From assembly GCF_009914755.1 (NCBI RefSeq), contig NC_060932.1: a stretch of 64,000 bases of DNA. One strand, written 5' to 3'. The translations under genes and the position numbers were made by a program. The DNA comes from the human T2T-CHM13v2.0 reference genome, Homo sapiens. The number at the start of each line of letters is the position of its first letter. Position 1 is the first letter of the stretch. Positions 14,813 to 30,990 of this stretch are shown piece after piece. The notes beneath the pieces were generated by a model. That model was not told the origin of the DNA. It was given only the letters and a program-made list of their open reading frames with translations, and ran no database searches.

Positions 14813-16571
14813 ACATGGCTAAGAACTGGGAGAATTGAGACAAAGAAGATCAGGTTAGGGTTGGTGTCTTGGGCATGCTTTTGGAGGAGATGGGATCAAG
14901 CTGGACTTTGCCCAAGGCTTGGAAAGGTGGAGGGGAGACTTGGGCACACATTGTGAGCCAGGGGAATGTTAGGAGAGAAGATACTGATGGAGGAAGCCTA
15001 TAGCTGTTGGCAATGGTGACAAATGAGCCTGTCTAGAAGGCAGAGAGTGGTAGGGAATGAAACTGAATGGGTGGAGTCAGAGTAATGGTGGCGAGTGTTT
15101 GAAAACTAGACAGAAAATGCTGATACCTCTGTGGAAAGTAGAGTATATTTATTTCTATGAGCAAAATAAAACTATATTCAACACAGAGGAAATTATGTTA
15201 CAATATAGGTGAGGAATAAACAATTTCCTCACTTATGTAGGGAGACTTTCTTTTTGTTAAATGACTCTAGAACACCTCATTATTCCATCTGTTAATTTTA
15301 CTGATGTTCACACATGTATGATGTACATAAAATAAAATATTTTTCTCTAAAAATAATATGTACTCTTCATTTTAATTTATTAGACTCAGGTGGTAGTATT
15401 GCAAAGTTCCACTAGCAGAGAAAGTCATAATTAATATGCAGCCTATTTCATTTTATTTTCACAAAGGAACTATGAAAGCATAACTGGGAAATGTGACTGC
15501 CCCTTACAGAGCTTGTATTTCCTGTCATAAAACTTGACCAAATGAAATGCCCACAACCAGAGTTTTTCTATAAAATTAGATAAAAACAGCAAAAAGCCCC
15601 AAAATCTTCAACGCTTTTTAAATTTGCAAATATGCAGTATGTTAACAACAACTGCTTAGGTGATTTTTCATGCCAAGGTCATCTTACACTGCCTTGGCTA
15701 GGTATGAATTTGACTGACAGTTTTAAACCAAATGTTCACTGAAGTCCTGCATTCTTCATTTGCATGCATCTTATGCAACCTCAAACTGGCTACTTTAGCT
15801 CAATTTCCTCAACTGTGAAATGGATTCAATAAATAGTGTCTTTGCAAAAATGCAAACTGTAGCTGAAATAAGCCTTATGCTAATGATGGCCTGTTCTGAC
15901 AGGAGATTTCCTGTTCTTTCACTTCCATCAACCCTAAGAGATGCTATTTCATAAAAACCTATCAGATTTATTTAGCTTGAGACTCTTTGTTCAAAGTGGC
16001 AGCTATATCAAAACAAACACACAGATTCAGTAATAATGAAAAGTTTTGACATAGAAAACTAAGGCTAATGACAGACCTCTTGATGCAGAAGGACTTCTAA
16101 GTGGAGGTGAGTCAAGATGTCAGGCTCAGCTTTACTTAATGAGGCAGCCTGCCTAAGGAATGGCAGGAAGGGGTGTCAGAGTGTCCTTGCCTTAATTCTC
16201 AGAACTTGAGTCTTAGGGTTTATGCCCACTGGAGAAAGGCAGCTACCTGTCTTTGTCCTGTGGATCTACTTTGAGAGGTGAATTACTATTTGTCCTGCAT
16301 TTTCTTTAAGTGAGAAAACCTTACTGACAGGATCTCAGAACAAGGCAAATACTGCAAATCCCAGAAACCACAGAGCAAAACAAGGAAATCAGCAATGATG
16401 GAGTGCATTCTGTGAGGAGAGTCTTCAGGTCTGAAGGCTTAAGTAGGGGCAGAAAAGAGAACTCAGAATGCATTGCTTACAGTGCCAGGATGTTACAGAG
16501 GAGCGGGTGGGGACTGGGGATGGGAAGAGGAGGGGGAGGTGAAATGCACTGGAGGGCCCAGAACACATTCA

Positions 16572-18387
16572 TTATAAACTTTCTACCCACATATCTCTCT
16601 CTCTCTCTCTTCCTCCTTTTTAAGACCAATAACTCTTAAATTTGTGCTTTTGAGGCTATTTTCTGGATCCTGTAGGCATGCTTCATTCTTTTTATTCTTT
16701 TTTCTCCTCTGTGTATTTTCATATAGCCTGCCTTCACACTCACTAATTCTTTCTTCTGCTTGATCAGTTCAGCTGTTGAGAGACTCTGATGCATTTTTCA
16801 GTATGCCACTTGCATTTTTCAGCTCCAGAATTTTTGCTTGATCTTTTTTATTATTTCAATATCTTTGTTAAATGTCTCTGATAGGATACTGAATTCCTTC
16901 TATCAGTTATCTTGAAGTTTGTTGAGCTTCCTTGAAACAGCTATTTTGAATTCTCTGTCTGAAAGGTCACATATCTCTGTCTCTCCAGGATTAGTCCCTG
17001 GTGCCTTATTAGTTTGCTTGGTGAGGTCACATTCTCCTGGATGTTCTTGATGTTTGTAGATGATTGTTGACGTCTGGGCATTGAATAATTAGGTATTCAT
17101 TCTAATCTTCACAGTCTGAGCTTCTCTGTACCTATTTTTTAAGAGAAGGCTCTCCAGGTATTCAAAGGGAATTGAGTGTTGTGATCTGAGTCTTTGGGCA
17201 CTGTGGTAGTATCTGCATTAGGGGGCACCATAAGCCCAGCAATGCTGCAACTCTTGCAAACTCATGGAGGTACCACCATGGTGGGCTTGGGTAAGATCCA
17301 GAAAATTTATCTGGAATACCAGGCAGAGTCTCTCATTGTATTCTCTCACTTTCCCCTAAACAGAAAAAGCCTCTCTCTCCATGAAGGGCTGCCTGGGATT
17401 GAGAGAGGGGTGACACAAGAATTTCTCAGCTGGGAATGTGCAAGAAGTACTTGATATAGTACTGGGTCTCACGCAAGATCCGCGGTGACTACTGCCCGAG
17501 TACCACTGATTTTTATCAGGGCCCAATGGCTCTTAGTCAGCAGGTGGTAAATCCTGCCAGGACTGGTCTATCCCTTCAGGGCAACTTCCCTTCTGGCCAA
17601 GGATGGATCTAAAACTGCCATCCAGGAGCTTAGACCTGGCATCAGCGTCTTTAGGAATCTGCTTGGTGCTTTATTTTATTGTGGCTGAGCTGGTACCCAA
17701 GCTGCAAGACAAAAATCCTCTGTCCTCTTCCCTCTCCTTTCCCCAAGCAGTGGAGTTTCTTCCTGAGCTGTGCTGCCTGGGGCTGGGGGAGGGGTGAGGC
17801 AAGCACTCCCTTGGCCACTCCAGCTTGTGTTGCACTGGGTTGTATACATTGCAAGATCACTGGCTCCAAGTCCAGTGAAGTACCAGGACTTGCCACAGAA
17901 TTGCAGTCCTTGTGGCCTGACTGCCTTTCAAATTTATACAGGACCCTAGACTGCTTTAGTCTGCTGGTGGTAGAGTTAGCTGGAAATCGAGTTTCTATTG
18001 CTGGGGTGGAGGATTCCCCTCTGGCTGGGACTGCTCTAAATGCTCCCTTCATGGGCACAGGAAGAATTCTGTCCTGTGTTGTGCTCTGCTGTGACAGGGC
18101 AGCACTGAGTTCCATGGCAGAGTCTCACAGTCACTTCACTGTCCCTTCCCCAAGCACAAGGATTCTCTGCATGCTGTGGGGGATGTGGAGGGCTGGTGTG
18201 GGCAGTGCAAGATTGTCTTTTCGGCCATCTTCAGTGTCCCTTTCCCTGATATGATCTTAAAACCAGGTACTGCGATCACTCATCTGATTTTTGGTTCTTA
18301 TGATGGTGTTTTCTTGTGTGGCTGGTTGTTCAATTTGGTGTTCCTGAGAGGGGAGGATCGCTGCGGGCCATCTTTCTCCACCTCCTT
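16572..18387 (-). mobile_element. L1MA/L1M1-type LINE-1: 5'UTR plus ORF1 start only
   Basis: Reverse strand begins GGAGGTGGAGAAAGATGGCC (L1 5' terminus), contains AAGAACCAAAAATCAGATGAGTGATCGCAGTACCTGGTTTTAA, and ends inside ORF1. Flanked by a 15-bp near-perfect direct repeat. Confidence 0.85.
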
Positions 18388-20459
18388 CCCAGAACACACT
18401 CAGGAAATTGACATCCTCAGAAGAGTAAAAGAAGACATGGCCTCCAGGAATCCGCAGGAGGATCCAGGAGGAGAGAATATCCTTAGGCGAAGCAGCAAGA
18501 TGAGGGATGAAGCTGGAGATGGCTTAGAAACAAAAACACAAAGCAGAATAAAAAGGCATATTTAAAGCAGACGAGTATAGAATAGCACTGCCAAAGGTGG
18601 ACTCAGTGATGAGGGACACGCCAGAAATTACCTCCCAGAATGATAAAAAGAGATAGAAAAATAGAAAAGAGAAGGTAGGTGTAGAAGACAGAGAACAAAT
18701 GGTAAATAAGGTGTTTCAGAAGAAAAAACAAGGGGAAATATAGTAATAACCATCAAAAATATGATTGCAACAACCTTCTGTAGTTCTAGAAAGACTATCA
18801 TATATAAATGAAAGGGCTTGAAATGAGTAGAAAGAGATGCACACATCCAGATACACTCTGATAGCTTTTTGGAAAGCTAAGGATAATCCCACAGGTGGAC
18901 ATCCAAAAAAAACAGATGCTTGACAAACCATACAAATGACTTACATGAATGTATTTACACTGATTTCAATAGGCTTATGTTATCTAAAATAAATTCTAGT
19001 AATCATGGGGGTTTGATTCCACATTCTGCCTTACTCTACATAACAGAGGCCAATTTAGTACTTTCTAAACCTGGGTACTCTGATATGTAGAAAGCAGGTA
19101 CAGACATTTACCTCTTATGTTGGTTGTGAAGATGAAACTACCAGTTAGTCATCCTCAGTGGTTGCTGAAGTCTCACACTCTAAGAGCAACTTAATGTGTT
19201 AAACTGGAAAAAAAAAATTAGTATGAACTCATGACCTTAAAAAGATACCTATTTTCTAATTGTCACCGCTAAGTACCCCAAGGGCAGCTGTTCGTTCATC
19301 TACCACCAGCTCTCCTGCGTCCTGTACTGCCCATATTTTGCCTCTGATAATGCACACCACTAAAAAGAATCAGGGTACCTGGGAGGAAAATTGATTCCAG
19401 TGTTCAAGCAGGAAAAAAAATGGATTGGTCTGGAATATCCTTTTGTTGTCTGAAATCAGCTATTGCTTCAAAAATGTCAGGACCAGTGCTAAAGGACAGA
19501 AGAGCAAACTTAACAAGGCTTCCATTGGCTAAGCTGCAAAGACCATCATCATAATAGTGATAATAATCATAGTAGTTAATTGAAACAAGTTGAGACTGTG
19601 AAAAGCCATGCATTAGTAATTATATTTGAAAGAGAAAAGTGAATATAAAGTGTACAAAATGTAGTTGTAATACAGAGAAGGGTATATATAATAGTTTAAT
19701 TATTTATTAGTTTTAACAAATAAAGGAGTGTTAATAAATGAGATTCCTGTAAAGCACTGTGCCATTTGAAATTTTAATAAATTCACTTCTATGAAAGAGG
19801 TAAACATTCTGCAAAATGCTGCTGAGAAAATTTATCCAGAGAGTAGCATATTTGATTGTAGGAATTTTATCTTTCAGTGTATCTACTATGATTTTGTATA
19901 ATACCGATGAAATTCAGTATAGCATAGTTCTTTATTACCTGGAATATGAAAGAAAGAAATTAGAAAAAACAAATTATTAACAATTTAGTTTAAATGATGG
20001 GTAAATTCCATCTCTTCTACATTTTGTAAATTGTTTATATCTTCTATAAATACAAATGTATTAAAATTCAAACTGCACATTTATTTTATGGATATTTTGA
20101 ATATATGAGTATTTTACTTCTCATTTTTAATTATGTATCTGTTTATGAGGACAAAAAACAAACTTGTTTCTTTGTCTGTGGCAATGAAGGGAAAAATATA
20201 GAGAACTACGCAGAGTAATCCAAGTAGTCCATGAGAAAGCAGGTATTACACCAAGTTGAGGAAGGACTGCCTCAGCCCTGCAGGCATCAACATTAGCCAA
20301 CTAAAGAAGAGTTCACCGTGTGTCCCAAAATGGTGAATTAGCCAAATACCTAGAGGAGAGCTAACTATACACATGCAATCTCTCATCTCTTAGGATGAGA
20401 CCTCTAGGTGGCTCTGCTAATTGTAACAAAATGGTAATAAGTAAATTTCATAACTTTTG

Positions 20460-21690
<1,231 letters not shown>

Positions 21691-21699
21691 CTGCTAGTA

Positions 21700-23110
<1,411 letters not shown>

Positions 23111-23337
23111 ACAACTCTTACCTGTTAGGTGGAGTGTTCTATACATGTCTATCAGACCCTGCTGGTTGTTGGTATTAGTTCTATATCTTTCATGATTTTC
23201 TGTCTAGTTGTTTTATTAATTTGTGAGAGATGGATGTTGTGGTTTCCAACAGTACTTGTGGATATGTTTATTTTTCTTTAGTTGTATCAAGTTTTCCTTT
23301 ACATATTTTGCTTGAGCTATAGAAGAGATAAAATAGG

Positions 23338-23632
23338 ATGGCTCATGCCTGTAATTCCACTGTGGGGGGCAGAGCAGAGGATGAATGCTTGAAGCCAGGA
23401 GCTTGAGACCAGCCTGGGCAACATGGCAAGACCCTGTCTCCACAAAAAAAAATCAGCCTGGTGCAATGGCTTGCACCTGTAGTCCTCGTTACTTGGGAGG
23501 CTGAGGCAGTAGGATCACTTGAGCCCAGAAATTGGAAGCTGCAGTGAAGCATGATTGCAACCACTGCACTCCAGCCTTGGTGACAGAGTGAGCCTGACTC
23601 AAAATTAAAAACAAAAACAAAAAGCAAAAAAA
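23338..23632 (+). mobile_element. AluJ
   Basis: gcttgaagccaggagcttgagaccagcctgggcaacatggcaagacc and ggatcacttgagccc (J diagnostics). Confidence 0.88.
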
Positions 23633-24863
23633 GATGTAATAAGAGATGGTTGACTAGAGAAAAAGGCAGCTTAGCCTGACAATTGACTCAGGTTTAAAAC
23701 ACGTGGGATAAGCAACCACATTTGAGAAGCTGGCATTTGAGCAGAATCTTAAAGAGTGAGAAACATTTTTGTAGGCAAAAATGTAAAGGAAGGGCATCAT
23801 GAACAGAAAGACAAGTCCTTGATGCAGTACTTGGAGAATAATGTAGATGGCTGTGCCCCCCACATTGTCTGCATTATCATTGCCACCTCCTGGAGGAATG
23901 CTTTTGAGGGATAGCACTGATTTATCTTCTGTCTAACCACAGAAGTCTATGCATAATTGAAATTGTTAGCTTTGCCTACTGTGGAGTTCTTTGTTCCATG
24001 ATATTTCTTTGAAGATACAAGTTGTTTCAGTTTTTAGAGAATAACCATTATAAAGAATTTCTGTCATCAATATAAACATGAGTTGCTTAAGTATTACAGC
24101 AAAGTTTAAACTCCTATGAAAATTGCAGAAATATTTTTACATCAAATAATCCAATCATAAATTCAGTCTCCAATGTAATGTATATTTTACAAACTTGAAG
24201 AGAATTGCCAAGTCCTCATATGTCACTCAATCCAAACCCTACAAAATATTTACAAAAAAGACCATTAAAAGGATCTGCATTAAACTTTTCCTGCTTCATG
24301 TTCAAAGTTTAATACAGCCATGCCTTGCTTAATGATGGGGATACCTTTGACAAATATGTCACAGGTAATTTTGTCATTGTGTAAACATCATAGAGTGCAC
24401 TTGCACAAGCCTAGATGGTCTAGCCTGCTACTCGCCTATGCTATATGGGATTGCCTACTGATTCTAGGCCTTGAACCTGTACTACTAAGTACTGTAGTCA
24501 CTTGTAACACAATGATAATGACTTACGTATCTAAACAGAGAAAAGGTACAGTAAAAATATGATATGAAAGATAAAAAATGGTATACCTGTACAGGGCACT
24601 TACCATAAATGGAGCTTGCAGGACTGGAAGTAGCTCTGGATGAGGAAGTGAGTGAGTGGTGAGTGAATGTGAAGGCCTAGGACATTACTGTACACCAATT
24701 TATGTAAATACTGGACACCAAGCCTACACTAGATTTATAAAAAATATTTTTCTTTCATCAATAACAAAGTAACCTTAGCTTACTGTTTGATTTTTCTGTA
24801 ATAACACAGCTTGAAACACAAACACATTGTACAGCAGTACAAAAATATTTTCTTTATAGTGTA

Positions 24864-25158
24864 TTTTTTTTTTTTAGACAAGATTTCACTCTGTTGCCCA
24901 GGCTGGAGTGCAGTGGTACAATCGTGACTTACTGCAGCCTCCACTTCCCAAGCTCAGGTGATCCTCCCACCTCAGCCTTCTCCCAAGTAGCTGGACTCCA
25001 GGTGCGTGCCACCATGCCAGGCTAATTTTTAAATGTTTTTCTAGAGATGGGGTTTCACCATGTTGCCTAGGCTGGTCTTGAACTCCTGGGCTCAAGTAAT
25101 CCTCCTGCCTCAGCCTCGCAAAGTGCTGGGATTACAGGCGTGAGCCACTGTGCCAGGC
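24864..25158 (-). mobile_element. AluJ
   Basis: Reverse Alu with gaactcctgggctcaagtaatcctcc. Confidence 0.9.
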
Positions 25159-25188
25159 TACATTTTTTATTTTTAAAAGTAATTAAGA

Positions 25189-25440
25189 GAGGCCGAGACG
25201 GCAGATCACCTGAGGTCAGGAGTTCCAGACCAGCCTGGCCAACACGGTGAAACTCTGTCTCTACTAAAAATACAAAAATTAGCCAGGCGTGGTGACAGGC
25301 GCTTGTAATCTCAGCTACTCGGGAGGCTGAGGCGGAAGAAGTGCTTGAACCGGGAAGGCGGAGGTAGCAGTAAGCCGAGATCACACCACTGCACTCCAGC
25401 TTGGGCGACAAGAGCAAAACTACGTCTCAAAAAAAAAAAA
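25189..25440 (+). mobile_element. 5'-truncated AluS (Sx/Sq-like)
   Basis: gaggccgagacggcagatcacctgaggtcagg...A13 tail. Confidence 0.92.
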
Positions 25441-25772
25441 GTAGTAATTATTTTTTTCTACTTTTTAAGCTTTTTTGTTAAAAATAAGATATAGACGGAC
25501 ACATTAGCCTAGGCCTACACAGGGTCAGGACCATGAATATCACCATCTTTCACCTCTGTATCTTGTCCCACTGGAATTTCTTCAGCGACAAAAACATGCA
25601 TGGAGCTGTCATCTCCTATGATAACGATGCTTTCTTCTGGATACCTCCTGAAGGACCTGCCTGAGGCTGTTTTACAGTTAGTTTTAAAAAATAAGTGGAA
25701 ATATACTCTAAAATAATAATTAAAAGTACAGCATAGTAAATATATAAACCAGTAGCATAGTCATTTATTATC

Positions 25773-26197
25773 TGCTATGGTTTGGAAATGATTTGTTTGG
25801 CCCCACCAAGCCTCCTGTTGAAATCTGACCCCCAAGGTTGGAGATGGGGCCTGTGAGAGGTCTTTGGGTCAGCAAAGTGGATCTCTCATGAATGGCTTTG
25901 TGCCATTCTCTCAAGTGTGAGTGAGTTCCTGCTCTTAATTCTCAAGAGAACTAGTTGGTAGAAAGACCTTGGCACCTTCCCCCTCTCTCTTTTGCTTCTT
26001 TTCGTACCATGTGATCTCGGCAGGGCTCCTCTTTGTCTTCTGCCAGGAGTAAACGCTTCCTGAAACCCTCACCAGAAGCAGATGCTAGTGCTGGGCTTCT
26101 TGTGTAGTCTGCAGAACAGGAGCCAAATAAACCTGTTTTCTTTATGAATTCCCCAGCCTCAGGTATTCCTTTATAACAACACCAACAGACTATGACA
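25773..26197 (+). mobile_element. MST-family (MaLR) solo LTR
   Basis: TG...CA termini (tgctatggtttgg...gactatgaca), internal aataaacc signal, perfect 5-bp TSD ttatc. Confidence 0.88.
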
Positions 26198-26378
26198 TTA
26201 TCATTATCAAGTATGTACTGTACATAATTGTATGTGCTATACTTTTATATGACTTGCAGTGCAGTAGGCTTGTTTACACCAACATCACCACAAACACGTG
26301 AGTAATGTGTTCTCTACGACATTATGACGGCTACGATGTCACTAGGCAATAAAAAATTTTCAGGTCCATTATAATCTT

Positions 26379-26643
26379 CTTCTTCTTCTTCTTTCTTCTT
26401 TCTTCTTCTTCTTCTTTTTTTTTTTTTTTTTGAGATGGAGTCTCGCTCTGTCACCCAGGCTGGAGTGCAGTGGTGCGATCTCGGCTCACTGCAACCTCTG
26501 CCCCACCAGGCTCAAGCGATTCTCCCGCCTCAGCCTGTTGAGTAGCTGGGATTACAGGTGCCTACCACCATGCCGGGCTAATTTTTGTATTTTTAGTAGA
26601 GACGGGGTTTTGCCATGTTGGCCAGGCTGATCTCAAACTCCTG
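26379..26643 (-). mobile_element. 5'-truncated AluS with (CTT)n-derived tail
   Basis: Perfect 19-bp TSD tcaggtccattataatctt (26360-26378 and 26644-26662). Confidence 0.93.
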
Positions 26644-27539
26644 TCAGGTCCATTATAATCTTACAAGACCACTGCATATATGCAGTCCATCATTGACTCA
26701 AATGTTGTTATGCAGTGCATGACTATATGTAATTTCTAGATAGGAAGTGGATTTGGTTTTGCTGGGCTTGAAATGTAAACCTTCATGGTAAACCTGCCTC
26801 TGCTTCCTGCCAGTGGCTAATGCCATATGCTCTTGCTCCACCAAAAAGTTTTCCAAAACATCATGGGAACTTTGGGAAATAGAGCATATATTTTTAAAAA
26901 TACGGCTTGTTGAGAAATTAAAGAATTAGATGAAACCAGAAAATAAAAGCATCCATTATAAATACAATCAATAAAAATTTATATTAATGATATTAATAAA
27001 GTGTACAAAGCAGAAGAATCACAAGTATGTTTTTGGAGGAGACAGAACATGGAGAGAACATCTGACTTTTGATATATTTATGATGGAATTACATAATCAG
27101 GGTTCTAGATGAATATAAGGAGGCTCTCTGGATGTTCAGGATAGGTATTTGACACCATTTTACCTCTGGTATATCTATGATCATTCCAAAAAAAATACAG
27201 AAAGATCAACAAATGTCTATGTTCTTAAGAACTGACTGAACCAAGTAAATATTAAAAAATCATTTGGATAAATAAGCAGAGAGACTTTAATTCACTAGAT
27301 TTTTCCCTTATCTGGTGAGAAAAGTCACTGGATTTCTCAATTATTTGATCGAAAATTTACTAAGAATTATATGAATAGATCATGTGGAATGATTCTGGGG
27401 AGGGGGAAAGGACAACACTTTCTCCCATAAACCAGTATAAATTTCTCTGAATTAAAATTTTATATCCATTTAATTTGGAAAAGCTACACATCTCAATGTT
27501 CTTAGAATTAAAAAAAGAGTATGTATTCTGAAGCTTTTG

Positions 27540-30500
27540 GATATAATGTACTCTGAATATCAGTTAGGGCAAGTTGGTTGATAGTATTGATAGTCTTCTA
27601 TATTCCTACTTATTTTTTGTAAATATCTATCAATTATTGAGAGAAGATGTTAAAATCGCCAAATATGATTGCATATTAGTCTATCCCTTTTATTTCTATC
27701 AAGTTTTTTCTTCCTGTTTTTAAGCTCTATTAGTAGGTACCTTCACATTGAAGATTATTATATCTACTTGCTGAATTGACTCTTGTCATAAAATGACCTT
27801 CTGTATTTCTTTTTTTTTTTATACTTTAAGTTCTGGGGTACATGTGCACAATGTGCAGGTTTGTTACATATGTGTACATGTGCCATGTTTGTGTGTTGCA
27901 CCCATTAACTCGTCATTTACATTAGGTATATCTCCTAATGCTATCCCTACTCCCTCCCCCCACTGACCTTCTGTATTTCTAGTAACGTTTCTATTCTTAA
28001 AGTCACTGTTATCTAATGTTAATATACAGATGCAGATTTCTTATGCTTTGTGTTTTCTTGGTATCTCATTTTTCCATCCTTTCCTTTTTTAGCTGTCTGT
28101 ATCTTTATACAGTACAGTTTTTATATATAGCATATTGTTAGATGTTACTTTTTAAATCCAGTCTGATAATCTCTGCCATTTAAATAAAAAGTTGGATCCA
28201 TTTACTTTTATAAAAAATTGAGTTGAAATTCACATAGCATACAATTAACCGTTTTGAAACGTACCATTCAGTGGCAGTTAGTACATTTAGTGGTTCATGT
28301 TATGCAGCCACTACCCTGTCTAGTTCCAAAACATTTTCATCATGCCAAAAGAAAAACTCTGTACACATTCAGCAATTACTCTCCATTCTCCCCTCCCTTT
28401 CAGAGCTGGCAACCAGTAATCTCTTTTCTGCCTCTTCAACTATTTCTAGATATTTTATATCAATGGGCTCATTGAGTACATGGTCTTTTTTATTTGACTT
28501 GTTTCCCTTAGCATCATGTTTTTTGAGTTTTATCCATGTTGAAGCATATATCCGTACTTCACTTCTTTTTATGGCTGAATAATATTCCTTTGTTTGTATA
28601 TATCACAATTTGTTGATACATTCATCAATTGTTGGACATTTGGTTTGTATTCACATTTTGGCTGCATAGACTTTGTTGCTCTGAATATTTATGTACAAGT
28701 ATTTGTCTGAATGCCTGTTTTCAATTCTTTTGGGTATATACCCAGCAGTGGAATGTTGGGTCATATGGTAATACTATATTTAACATGATGAGAACTACCA
28801 AATGTTTTCACATAGTGGCTGCACCTTATTGTTGTTTTAGAATTCTTTATATATTCTGGATATCTCAATCTTGTATTAATTTGTTTCTCCTTTCTTTCTC
28901 TTTTTTGGGATAACCTATTGTTTCTTTTTTTTTTTTTTTTTTTTAACATTCAATAGTATCTTCTCCTTTGGCTTATTACCTGTGCCAGTTTTTTTTTTTT
29001 GGTGGTTTTTGTACACATTACAATATGCATTCTTATCACATAGAGTAAACTTTAAAAAGTGCTATCCCATTAATATCCCTTCAACCCCTTGTGCTACTAC
29101 TGTTATGTATTTTATTTCTACATATATTACAAACCCCATAAAACATAAAACATCCTATTCCTCATTATATTTGCTTTAAACAGTCCATTGATTTGCATAA
29201 AATTTAATAAAAGAAGAAAAATTGTGGTTTATGTATACCCTTTTATGTATAGTATATTTACTATATCCATGCTCCTCCTTTTTTGCTATACATTTACATG
29301 TCCATCTTGTATTATTTCTCTTAAACCTGAAGAACTTCTCTTTGCATTTTTTATAGTACAAGTTGGCTAGTTATAAATTTTCTTAGCTTTTTTTAATGAA
29401 AAAATGTTCATTTTACCTTCATTTTTAAAGAATATTTTTTGCTAGATATGAAACTTCAGTTTGACAATGTTCATTTGTTCTTAGAACTTAAAAGATGCTT
29501 TATCGTATTCTGGCCTGCGTTATTTCTAAAGCAAAAATAGCCACTATTCTTACTACTATTCTCCTATATAAAAATAGTATTTTTCTTTGGCTGCTTTTAA
29601 GAATTTTTCTTTCCTTTTCATCAGTTACTATGATCTTACTAGGTGTGATTTTCTTTATATATATTTTGCTTGAGATTCACTATGATTGCTTTTTCTGTGG
29701 GTTGCTGTTTTTCACCAAAGTTGAAAAATTTCAATAAATATTTAAGTATTTTTTCTGCTCTATTCAATCTCTTTTTTCCTTCCAGGAGTCTAATTATATA
29801 TATGTTAGTTTAATTGATACTGTCTCATAGGTTGCTGAGATGCTGTTAAATTGTTTTACTAATTATTTCAATATGGATAATTTCTATTAACTGTCTTCAA
29901 GTTTACTGACTTTTTTGTGTCTAATTGGTTATTTTATTCCATTAATTATTATTTCACTTATTGTATTTTCTAGATCTAGGATTTTCACTTTTTTAATATA
30001 ATTTCTAGATAGCACTTGACAATGCTTATCTCTTTACTCATTATATTCCTCTTTTCCTGTAGTTTATATGGCATATTTACTATATTTTAATATCCTTGTC
30101 TGCTAATTCCAACATCCATGTTATTTGCAGGTGTATTTTTATTAACCCCTTTTTTTATTGACATTATGCAGTTTGTTCATACGTCTAGTAATTTTGATTG
30201 CATACTAGACCTTGTGGATAATAGTGCAGTAACTCTGTATTCTGTTATATTCTTCTGAAGAATGTGAGTGCAGTTAATTTGTGGATCACCTCGAATGTAG
30301 GGGTTTGTTTTTATGCCTTGTTAGGACAGGGCTATTTCAGCTTTATCCTTAGTCTTGAGAGAATCTTTTTAGTAAAGAGATGTAGTTGTCATTTCTAATG
30401 CATGGTACTTCTAGGGATTTGATGGAAAGCCTTGGGAATTTATCATGCTTTTATAACTTGGTGTAACTCAAACTTTAAAGTCTTTTTCTAAAGTCACTTG

Positions 30501-30990
30501 TGGTAAGTAACAGCTAGAATTGCCACTCAGTTATTTTAGCCTTCTGACTTGTTTTCTCTCTGAGCTCCTTACAGTCATACCTGCATGTGAATAGTGTAGT
30601 CATTGGTCTAGGATTTGACTGGCATTTACATGCAGATTTGTATCACCTACTTTTGTTCCCTCCTTTCTGGGATCTCCCCTCTTAATTTCCAGCTTCTCTG
30701 GTAGTTCCAAATTAGTTCCAAGTTCATTCTGCCCATTCTTCAGAAGATTAGACTGTGTGTTTCTGCTTGAGTTTTAGCCTTGTTGTTTCTCATAGAATTG
30801 GAAATGCCCTCATGCAAAAAGCTATACAAATATAGATATTGGCTATTTTCAAGGGTAAGGTCTTTTCTCCCTCATTTAAGGTCAAATCCCTGGCTTCTCT
30901 GCCTGCTTTGTTTGTTTTACAGTGCCCTCAAGCAGAATTTATTATTGTTGTTGCTAGAGAGTTAGGTCAAAATAAGTTACCCTTCTAGAA
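27540..30990 (-). mobile_element. Old L1 (L1M/L1ME-like) antisense relics with nested L1 3' pieces
   Basis: T-rich antisense ORF2/ORF1-like text; L1MB-like 3' end at about 28215-28830. Confidence 0.6.
27811..27963 (-). mobile_element. Very short (153 bp) primate-specific L1PA 3' end
   Basis: ttttatactttaagttctggggtacatgtgcacaatgtgcagg...ccctccccccac, with a perfect 17-bp TSD tgaccttctgtatttct (27794-27810 and 27964-27980). Confidence 0.95.

Larger units (their letters stand above)
24315..26725 (-). mobile_element. Tigger3 (Tigger3b-like) DNA transposon with four nested insertions
   Basis: TIR-like ends cagccatgccttgcttaatgatgggg and ...gttatgcagtgcatgact, TA flanks; termini resemble the second copy at 60627. 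Confidence 0.8.

Noticed and set aside
17194-18565. Longest ORFs in the track (up to 191 aa)
   Set aside because: They lie in the GC-richer L1 5'UTR relic, with no domain similarity or splice context.
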